DNA of 64,000 nt from an uncultured Gammaproteobacteria bacterium (GTDB taxonomy: Bacteria; Pseudomonadota; Gammaproteobacteria; Poriferisulfidales; GCA-002705445), in the NCBI GenBank assembly GCA_913050095.1, contig CAJXAV010000003.1:577-64576 (forward strand). Direction: 5' to 3'. The notes beneath the pieces were generated by a model that was given only the letters and a program-made list of their open reading frames with translations, did no database searches and was not told the DNA's origin. How positions within the stretch are numbered: the first letter of the stretch is position 1; every line of letters starts with the position of its first letter. This document shows positions 56,927 to 64,000 of the stretch, in pieces. Both the position numbers and the translations under genes were made by a program.

Positions 56927-57790
56927 ATGTTTAAAAATATAGCGATTATCTCAAAAATTGATGATAACAGTGTAAAAGATAGTCTTAGTACAGTTATTAA
57001 TTATTTAGATTCTAAAAAGGTAAACTATTTTTTAGATGAAAACTCATGCTTTTTGCTCAATAATAAAGCAGCAACTTCATTAGAAGACATTAAAAAAAAG
57101 TGCGATATAGCCTTTATAATTGGTGGAGATGGCACATTGTTAAGGTCAGCTCAATATTTATCAAAATCAAATATTCCAATATGTGGGATTAATAGAGGAA
57201 GATTAGGTTTTTTAGTAGATATCTCTCCAGACCATATAGAAAAAAATCTTGAAAGTATTCTTTCTGATAACTACTCTGTAGACGAGCGTATTTCTCTAGT
57301 TGGAACGGTTATAAGGGATGGGAAAGAAATATCAAAAAATATTTCATTCAATGATGTTGTCATACATAGTAAGGATGCAGTAAGAATGATAGAAATGGAC
57401 ACATTGCTTAACGGTGAAAATCTTTACACAGTCAATGCGGATGGCCTGGTAATATCAACACCAACTGGCTCTACTGCATATTCTTTATCAAGTGGCGGAC
57501 CAATAATACAACCAAACATGGAAGCCTTACTAATTGTTCCAATATGCCCACATCTTTTAAGCAATAGACCAATAGTTATAGGAATGGACAGCAAAATTGA
57601 AGTTAAAATCTCAGAAAAATCACATACGAATGCAAGTGTTACGTTCGATGGTCAAATAAATGTTCCAATACAAGCAAATGATGTAATAAAAATTACAAAA
57701 GGAGAAACTGTCCTAAAGTTAATACAGCCGCCGGGCATAAATTTCTTATCAATATTAAGAGAAAAACTAGGATGGGGACTAAAACCATAG
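56927..57790 (+). CDS. nadK: NAD kinase
   Basis: GGDGTLL, GINRGRLGFL, ND, DGLVISTPTGSTAYSLSSGGP. Confidence 0.98.
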   Translation: MFKNIAIISKIDDNSVKDSLSTVINYLDSKKVNYFLDENSCFLLNNKAATSLEDIKKKCDIAFIIGGDGTLLRSAQYLSKSNIPICGINRGRLGFLVDISPDHIEKNLESILSDNYSVDERISLVGTVIRDGKEISKNISFNDVVIHSKDAVRMIEMDTLLNGENLYTVNADGLVISTPTGSTAYSLSSGGPIIQPNMEALLIVPICPHLLSNRPIVIGMDSKIEVKISEKSHTNASVTFDGQINVPIQANDVIKITKGETVLKLIQPPGINFLSILREKLGWGLKP

Positions 57791-57799
57791 TTGTAATAT

Positions 57800-59449
57800 A
57801 TGTTATCAAATATTTATATCAAAAATTTTGCAATTATTGATGAAATAGAAATAGACTTTCATGAAAATATGTCCGTGTTAACTGGTGAGACAGGCGCTGG
57901 AAAATCAATACTAATCGATGCAATAAATTTGGTGCTTGGTAACAAAAAAGTTAGCAAGGTATCAAGAAACACAAATTTTGATACCGAAATAATATGTAGC
58001 TTCAATATATTAAATAAAGATGTTTTGAGAATTCTTGAAGAAAAAGATTTGATAGATGATAGTAATTGTATTTTTAGGAGAAAAATCAATAACAAGAATA
58101 TTTCAAAAATTTATATAAATGACAAGCCAGTGACCTCGGGTACTGCAAAGTTAATAGGGAACTTATTAATTGACATACATGGTCAGCATGAAAATCAGCT
58201 AATATTATCATCTGATGAACAAAGAAACAGACTTGATAACTATATAAATATAAGTAAAAAAAAGATAAGCATTAAAAATTTACTTCAAGATACAAATAAT
58301 ATAAAAAAATCACTTTCTGAAACAGCATTAACTTCTGAAGAGTTTAAAGAAAAAGTATCGTTATTAGAATACGAGATAAAAGAACTTGAAAATGAAGCAT
58401 TAGAACCTGAAGACTATGAAAAAATATACCAGGATTACACAAAACTTAGTAATTCTGAACTCTTAATTAAAAAAATTAACGAATGTAAAAATTTAATTGA
58501 AAATGAAAATAATTTAAACATTAGTTCGATGCTTTCAGATGTTAATAAAAATCTTGAGGATATAAAAAATATAGATAGCAATATAAATGATATTCATAGC
58601 ACAAATATTAGTATTCAAGAAGAAGTTAGAGATTTATCTAGGATGCTCGAAAAGTATGAACATTCAATAAATATTGATAAGGAAAAACTTTCTCTTCTTA
58701 ACGAAAGAATAATTTCCCTTAATAATCTCTCAAGAAAATATAATGTAAATGAAAAAGATTTAATTAAGATTCTTTATGATAAACAAGATATATTAAATAA
58801 TTTAATAAAAAATAAAGATAATATTGATAGTAAAAATAAAAAAATTAAAGAAAATATTTTAAATTACCATAGTATTGCTAAAGAAATATCAGAAATAAGA
58901 TTGAACAAATCTATTATATTAGAAAAAAAGATTAGCGACGAGTTAAAAAAACTTGGTATGTCTGATTGCCAATTCAAAATTGATATTACCACAGATAAGA
59001 CTTTGATTAGTAAGAACGGATATGACAAAGTTGTCTTTTTGATAAAAACAAATAAGAAATCAAAATTACTTCCGTTATCTGATATAGCTTCAGGTGGTGA
59101 GTTGTCTAGACTAAGCCTAGTTATCCAGTTGGAAACAAGAACGAATAATGATTGCGAGACTATGATTTTTGATGAAATTGATACTGGTATTGGAGGAGCA
59201 ACTTCTGAAGTGCTTGGAACTCACCTTTCAAAATTAGCAGAAAATACTCAAGTTTTATGCGTAACACATCTAGCACAAGTTGCTGCAAAATCAAAACATC
59301 ACTACCTTGTGTCTAAAGATAAGAATGCTTCATCTACAATGCTTACTTACTTAGATAATGATATGAGGGTTAATGAACTTGCTAGAATGATCGGTGGAAT
59401 TAAATTAACAGATAAAACACTACAGTTTGCAAAAGAGCTTATTGATTAA
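57800..59449 (+). CDS. recN: DNA repair protein RecN
   Basis: TGETGAGKS, IHGQH, ASGGELSR, FDEIDTGIGG, VTHLAQVAA, ELARMIGG. Confidence 0.98.
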   Translation: MLSNIYIKNFAIIDEIEIDFHENMSVLTGETGAGKSILIDAINLVLGNKKVSKVSRNTNFDTEIICSFNILNKDVLRILEEKDLIDDSNCIFRRKINNKNISKIYINDKPVTSGTAKLIGNLLIDIHGQHENQLILSSDEQRNRLDNYINISKKKISIKNLLQDTNNIKKSLSETALTSEEFKEKVSLLEYEIKELENEALEPEDYEKIYQDYTKLSNSELLIKKINECKNLIENENNLNISSMLSDVNKNLEDIKNIDSNINDIHSTNISIQEEVRDLSRMLEKYEHSINIDKEKLSLLNERIISLNNLSRKYNVNEKDLIKILYDKQDILNNLIKNKDNIDSKNKKIKENILNYHSIAKEISEIRLNKSIILEKKISDELKKLGMSDCQFKIDITTDKTLISKNGYDKVVFLIKTNKKSKLLPLSDIASGGELSRLSLVIQLETRTNNDCETMIFDEIDTGIGGATSEVLGTHLSKLAENTQVLCVTHLAQVAAKSKHHYLVSKDKNASSTMLTYLDNDMRVNELARMIGGIKLTDKTLQFAKELID

Positions 59450-59472
59450 ATATGATTTTCTTTAAAACCTTA

Positions 59473-59586
59473 CTATTTTTTATCTTTTTTTTCTAAGCGC
59501 TTAAATTCTATAACAGTCATTATTGCTCCAGCTATAGCAAGAGCAAAACAAAAGCAGCCAGTGAAAAAAATTAGTGAGTCATCCAT
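59473..59586 (-). CDS. Small single-pass membrane protein (37 aa), not in ORF track
   Basis: MDDSLIFFTGCFCFALAIAGAIMTVIEFKRLEKKDKK; AAGGA RBS within the upstream gene end; ATG 2 nt after the upstream stop. Confidence 0.65.
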   Translation of the reverse strand: MDDSLIFFTGCFCFALAIAGAIMTVIEFKRLEKKDKK

Positions 59587-59588
59587 AA

Positions 59589-59765
59589 TTAATCCTTCTT
59601 AGCTATTATTTTAAAATAAATAGCAAAAGCTAAAATTGATGGGATCCATGTTGCAGTAAATAACGCCTCTTGTTTTGTATCGACACCTTGAAACCAAAGA
59701 AATGCTGTTGTTACAAAAGCGACTGCGACTGAAAGTAAAATACATATATCCGAAATTTTTAACAT
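59589..59765 (-). CDS. Small two-helix membrane protein (58 aa), not in ORF track
   Basis: MLKISDICILLSVAVAFVTTAFLWFQGVDTKQEALFTATWIPSILAFAIYFKIIAKKD; AGGA RBS; fills an otherwise empty gap. Confidence 0.72.
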   Translation of the reverse strand: MLKISDICILLSVAVAFVTTAFLWFQGVDTKQEALFTATWIPSILAFAIYFKIIAKKD

Positions 59766-59787
59766 AATAAAATCCTATTCAAAAAAA

Positions 59788-59976
59788 TTAATCTTCATTC
59801 CAAAAAGCCCAAGAACCTATAAGCAAGAAAATTACTGCTAAAGATGCGTGTGCCCTTATACTTGTTTCTTGTGGCAATTCTATCAAAAATGGGACAACAT
59901 TAACCATACCAAGAATAAGCCATATTAACGCCAAAAAACCTAAAATAAGAGCTGATTTTCCAATTTTTCTTTTCAT
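59788..59976 (-). CDS. Small two-helix membrane protein (62 aa)
   Basis: Basic N-terminus and two hydrophobic segments; co-oriented behind fur. Confidence 0.7.
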   Translation of the reverse strand: MKRKIGKSALILGFLALIWLILGMVNVVPFLIELPQETSIRAHASLAVIFLLIGSWAFWNED

Positions 59977-60017
59977 AAAATTATTATTTTATAATTTGCA
60001 TTTTAAAAAAATAATTT

Positions 60018-60434
60018 CTATTCTTCATCTAAGAACTCACCATACAGAATCATACTGTGATCCAGTATTTTAAAATTATGTTTTTTTGCTAACTCTTTTT
60101 GTCTATTTTCGATTATTTCGTCATAAAATTCTACAACTTTGCCAGTTTTCAGGGAAACCATATGATCATGATGATCACCGTGATTTAACTCGAAAACAGC
60201 CTGGCTATTATTATCTGCATCAAAATGATGTCTAATAACAATTTTAGCAGCCTCAAATTGCGTCAGCACCCTATATACTGTTGCCAAGCTTATGACTTCT
60301 CCGTCTTTAATAAGATCTTTATATATGTCTTCTGCTGACATATGGTGATTTTTAGCGTTTTCTAGCTTACTTAATATTTTTACTCTAGGTAACGTTATTT
60401 TTAAACCAGCATTTTTTAATTCTATATTACTCAT
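60018..60434 (-). CDS. fur: Ferric uptake regulator
   Basis: LKNAGLKITLPRVKIL, LATVYRVLTQFE, HHDHM; start moved to ATG 60434 (MSNIELK); divergent from bamE. Confidence 0.97.
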   Translation of the reverse strand: MSNIELKNAGLKITLPRVKILSKLENAKNHHMSAEDIYKDLIKDGEVISLATVYRVLTQFEAAKIVIRHHFDADNNSQAVFELNHGDHHDHMVSLKTGKVVEFYDEIIENRQKELAKKHNFKILDHSMILYGEFLDEE

Positions 60435-60480
60435 ATTTACTATATTATCTTTATTTAACTTAACAATATACATAAAAATA

Positions 60481-61488
60481 ATGAAATTTAAAATATTAAT
60501 AGTAACTACAATATTTTTTTTAAATCTTTCAGGTTGCCAATTATTGCCAGAAGACAAGCAATTAAAGAGTTTTAGAGTATTAATTCAACAAGGAAACGTG
60601 ATAGACGAAAGCAAAGTAAACTTGTTAAAAATAAATATGTCTAAAGAGCAAGTTATATTTCTTCTAGGAGAGCCAGTAGTTAACAATATATTTAATAAAA
60701 ATAGATGGGATTATGTTTACTACAGAAAAAGAGATCCTGAAGAGACGCAGCTAAACATGATAAGCATATTTTTTAAAGAAGATAATGTTATAAGCATGAA
60801 AAGAATTGCAAAAAATGATGATGGATTATTTGATGTAACGGAAAAGATAAATCTTTCAGATCCAGAATTTCTAAATGACGAACAAACTACTATTGTTAAA
60901 AAAGAAATATTTGAAGATATAGAACTTAAGGGAACTAAAATAAATGAAGAGGAAAAAGAAAATTTACCAAAAATTTCAGAATCTAAAGAAGATACAAATT
61001 CAGAAAAAACTGAAAATTTATATAATGATAAAAAGTTAAAAAAAGAATTAGATCTAACAACAGACAAAGAAAAGTTATCTGAGAACGAACAGAAAATAAA
61101 AGCTCCAGTTGAAGATAATAAAAGAAAAAATGATAATGAAATTGTACAAGAAATAATTATCAACTGGGCAAATTCCTGGGCGAAAAAAGATCTAGATGGA
61201 TACTTCTCATATTATTCAGAAGATTTTAAATCAAGCTACTTTGATGATTTCGATCTATGGAAAGCAGATAGAGAGAAAAGAATAAAAAATAAAGAAAATA
61301 TAAATATTAATATAACAAAAATTTCAATAAATTTTGAAATAGATACCTTAGAAAAAGCCATTGCAATTTTTGAGCAAAATTATGACTCTGAAGGTTACGC
61401 TGATACTGTTACTAAGAAATTAATTTTTTTAAAAAATAAAAATAAATGGCAAATAATTTCTGAAGAACTAGTAAAAGGTAGATATTAA
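60481..61488 (+). CDS. bamE: Outer membrane protein assembly factor BamE with C-terminal acidic linker and NTF2-like domain
   Basis: Lipobox LSGC, IQQGN, MSKEQVIFLLGEP, RWDYVY; extra region with WANSWAKKDLDGYFSYYSEDF...FEQNY...WQIISE. Confidence 0.88.
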   Translation: MKFKILIVTTIFFLNLSGCQLLPEDKQLKSFRVLIQQGNVIDESKVNLLKINMSKEQVIFLLGEPVVNNIFNKNRWDYVYYRKRDPEETQLNMISIFFKEDNVISMKRIAKNDDGLFDVTEKINLSDPEFLNDEQTTIVKKEIFEDIELKGTKINEEEKENLPKISESKEDTNSEKTENLYNDKKLKKELDLTTDKEKLSENEQKIKAPVEDNKRKNDNEIVQEIIINWANSWAKKDLDGYFSYYSEDFKSSYFDDFDLWKADREKRIKNKENININITKISINFEIDTLEKAIAIFEQNYDSEGYADTVTKKLIFLKNKNKWQIISEELVKGRY

Positions 61489-61766
61489 TTTTTTTTAAAA
61501 TTGTGCTTTCTTCTTTCGTTTGGACTCATAATTAATTCATCTAGTATTTCAATCCTATCGTTTTTACTAATTTCATAATCAAGATTAATTAATTTGCCAA
61601 AACATCCAAATGATTTATTTAAAAAAAACTTTTTAGAAAATACTGAGTGGCTAATTAAATCATTTATTAGATCCTGTAAATAGTATTTTTTTTTATATGG
61701 TATGTAATTTTTGATTACTTTATTATTTTTACTAATATAAATAATTTCAATATCACTATTTTCCAT
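61485..61766 (-). CDS. ratB: RnfH/RatB (PasI) family ubiquitin-like protein, divergent
   Basis: GCFGK...DRIEI...P.ERR pattern and position between ratA and bamE. Confidence 0.75.
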   Translation of the reverse strand: MENSDIEIIYISKNNKVIKNYIPYKKKYYLQDLINDLISHSVFSKKFFLNKSFGCFGKLINLDYEISKNDRIEILDELIMSPNERRKHNFKKN

Positions 61767-61768
61767 AA

Positions 61769-62185
61769 CTATTTTTTTGACTCCTCTACAAAAGCTTGCA
61801 CAAGATAGTTTGTGATTTTTTCTAAGGATTTACCAATAGTATATTCTACAATTTTGCTTTCAGCTTCATAGTTTATAGTTAGAAATATGATGGTTTTATC
61901 AGATATTTTTTTAAACTCCCATTTACCGTCAAGATATTTAAATGGCCCATCTACTAATTTCATTTCTATATATTCATTTTCTTTTATTGTATTTTCTGTT
62001 GTAAAAGATGTGGATAGGCCTTTTAGATTAAAGTCTAACCTTGCTTTCATTTTATTGGTATCTTCTGACAAGATCACAGAATCTACACAAAATGGTACAA
62101 AATTTTTATACAAATCAACCTTGTTAACAATTTTAAATACCGTTTCAATATCTTTTAATATTATTGCTTCTTTTTTAATTTGCAT
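61769..62185 (-). CDS. ratA: RatA/PasT (Coq10-like START domain) protein
   Basis: VNKVDLYKNFVPFC, SFTTEN, MKLVDGPFKYLDGKWEF, VQAF. Confidence 0.9.
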   Translation of the reverse strand: MQIKKEAIILKDIETVFKIVNKVDLYKNFVPFCVDSVILSEDTNKMKARLDFNLKGLSTSFTTENTIKENEYIEMKLVDGPFKYLDGKWEFKKISDKTIIFLTINYEAESKIVEYTIGKSLEKITNYLVQAFVEESKK

Positions 62186-62194
62186 TAGCTTTTA

Positions 62195-63568
62195 TTAAAG
62201 AATAGTTAAATTGAATCCTAAGGCATTTAACATAACAAAGATTACGGCAAGAGGCGCAATTATTCTTGCTGACAAATACCAAATTCTTCTTAATATTGTT
62301 GACCTAATATTTAATTCAGAATCTATGCTCTCTTTAGATATTAACCAACTCACATAAATTGTTATCATTATGCCACCCATTGGCAGTAAAATATTTGAAG
62401 TTAGGTAATCAAGCATCTCAAAAATATTCATATTAAATATTTTTATTTCTTTTCCAATATTAAAAGAAACTATTGTTCCAATACCTAAGAGCCATGCTGT
62501 TCCTGAGCTAATAATTGCAGCCTGAATTCTTGAAATATTAAATTTTTCAATTAACCATATTACCATAGGCTCTATTAATGATATTGAAGATGTCCACGCT
62601 GCAAAAATTAATAAAATGAAAAATAAAGTACCAAATAATTGTCCGCCTGGCATTGCGCCAAATGCAACTGTTAATGTTTGAAATAATAAACCCGGACCTT
62701 GTGTCATTTCTAAACCAGCCGAAATTACTATTGGAAAAATTGCTAATCCTGCTAGTAATGCGACCAAAGTATCAAGAGAAGCTACAATTACACATGTTTG
62801 CGGAATAGATATATCACTTGATAAATAAGATCCGTATACCATCAAGGCTCCCATGCCTAAACTTAGACTAAAAAATGCTTGCCCCATTGCAATTAAGATA
62901 GTTTTCCATGTGACTTGACTGAAATCTGGGTATAACATAAATTTCATTCCATTCATGAAATCACCTTCAATTGCCGAAAAAATAACCAAAGCTAAAAGTA
63001 ATACAAGTAGTGCAGGCATTAGTCTTATAACTGCACTTTCTAATCCTGACTTAACGCCTTTTGAAACCACTATTGCAGTAATTATTGAGAAAATTGTATG
63101 CCATGCGAGCAACCTTTCAGGATCGGAAACGAAATCGTTAAACATTTTAGTTGCTCCCAGAGCATCAATATTATTAATAACTCCGAAAGCTGTTCTTGTG
63201 GCATACGCCATAGTCCACCCAGCTATGACACTATAATAAGATAATATTAATATTCCAGCTAAAATTCCTATTAAACCGATAATTTGCCAGTTCTTAGACC
63301 TGTTTTCTCTTTCAGATATATATCTAATTGAAGCAATAGGATTTAGCCTACCTCTCTTACCAAGGTAGACCTCAGAAAGCATAATTGGAATACCTATAAA
63401 TAGAACACACAAAATGTAAATCAAAACAAAAGCACCACCACCATTTTCACCAGTTATGTAAGGAAATTTCCATATATTACCTAAGCCAACTGCCGAACCA
63501 GTTGCCGCTAAAATAAAAGCGGTTCTAGATGACCATTCTCCATGTGAGGAAGTTCTATTTATTGCCAT
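62195..63568 (-). CDS. Sodium-dependent transporter, neurotransmitter:sodium symporter (NSS/SNF) family
   Basis: WSSR..FILAATGSAVGLGNIWKFPY...GGGAF, GQAFFSLSLG, FAAWTSSISL. Confidence 0.96.
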   Translation of the reverse strand: MAINRTSSHGEWSSRTAFILAATGSAVGLGNIWKFPYITGENGGGAFVLIYILCVLFIGIPIMLSEVYLGKRGRLNPIASIRYISERENRSKNWQIIGLIGILAGILILSYYSVIAGWTMAYATRTAFGVINNIDALGATKMFNDFVSDPERLLAWHTIFSIITAIVVSKGVKSGLESAVIRLMPALLVLLLALVIFSAIEGDFMNGMKFMLYPDFSQVTWKTILIAMGQAFFSLSLGMGALMVYGSYLSSDISIPQTCVIVASLDTLVALLAGLAIFPIVISAGLEMTQGPGLLFQTLTVAFGAMPGGQLFGTLFFILLIFAAWTSSISLIEPMVIWLIEKFNISRIQAAIISSGTAWLLGIGTIVSFNIGKEIKIFNMNIFEMLDYLTSNILLPMGGIMITIYVSWLISKESIDSELNIRSTILRRIWYLSARIIAPLAVIFVMLNALGFNLTIL

Positions 63569-63606
63569 TAGTTAGTATTGTTTATTATGTTAATATTGTA
63601 AATATT

Positions 63607-64000
63607 ATGGGACAAAGAACTAAAAATACAGAAAATATTATTGCTGTCAACAAAAAAGCTTCTCACGACTATTTTATTCTAGAAAAAATAGAAGCTGGTT
63701 TAGTGCTTGAGGGATGGGAGGTTAAGGGTATTAGAGAGTTAAAAGTTCAATTAAAAGAAGCATATGTAAAGATAAATCGAGGCGATGTCTTACTTATTGG
63801 TTCAAATATTACCCCGCCCTCGTACATAAATAATAATACTGCGGTCAATTCAACTAGAACTAGAAAGTTGTTACTAAATCAGAAGGAAATCAATACTTTA
63901 ATTGGCAAAGTACAAAAAGAAGGTCTTACAATAGTGCCAATCTCGCTTTACTGGAAATTAAATAAAGTTAAGCTTCAGATCGGAATTGCCAAAGGTAAAA
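63607..64000 (+). CDS. smpB: SsrA-binding protein, runs off the window end
   Basis: Not in the ORF track. Manual translation gives MGQRTKNTENIIAVNKKASHDYFILEKIEAGLVLEGWEVKGIR...RTRKLLLNQKEI...GLTIVP...KVKLQIGIAKGK. Confidence 0.97.
   Translation, partial: MGQRTKNTENIIAVNKKASHDYFILEKIEAGLVLEGWEVKGIRELKVQLKEAYVKINRGDVLLIGSNITPPSYINNNTAVNSTRTRKLLLNQKEINTLIGKVQKEGLTIVPISLYWKLNKVKLQIGIAKGK

Noticed and set aside
59990..60005. Possible Fur box ahead of the small membrane protein genes (AATGCAAAT on the minus strand)
   Set aside because: Only a half-site in very AT-rich DNA; the other half does not match.
60435..60557. 41-aa N-terminal extension of Fur in the ORF track
   Set aside because: Overlaps the bamE start; homology begins at MSNIELK (60434).
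61485..62185. ratA-ratB as a toxin-antitoxin or defence system
   Set aside because: Conserved core locus; RatA/PasT is a Coq10-like respiratory protein, and nothing indicates mobility.

Overview
AT-rich, gene-dense chromosomal window from what looks like a genome-streamlined Gammaproteobacterium (inferred from gene order such as recN-fur-bamE-ratAB-smpB and secG-tRNA-Leu-nuoA-N-tRNA-fMet-rimP-nusA-infB, and from protein signatures). Most of it is one long minus-strand run of core genes: hrcA-grpE-dnaK-dnaJ-dapB-carAB-greA-rlmE-ftsH-glmM-tpiA-secG-tRNA-Leu-nuoA..N-tRNA-fMet-typA-rimP-nusA-infB-rbfA-truB-rpsO-pnp, plus guaBA/xseA, nadK-recN and smpB. No mobile element, CRISPR array or rRNA was seen. 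The most interesting observations are: (1) a full-length acyl-CoA-synthetase homolog that has lost four adenylation motifs (A3, A5, A7, A10) yet heads a LIV-type ABC transporter operon; (2) an orphan XylA-type monooxygenase reductase in a small module with a ferredoxin, an unusual GST and a small membrane protein, with a divergent Fae homolog nearby; (3) an alphaproteobacterial-type typA inserted between tRNA-fMet and rimP; (4) a BamE fused through an acidic linker to a Csd6-like NTF2 domain; (5) three tiny membrane proteins behind fur, two of them missing from the ORF track; (6) a duplicated nuoA start region with a uORF, and an in-frame hexamer repeat in glmM. All family assignments come from reading motifs by eye; no database search was run.
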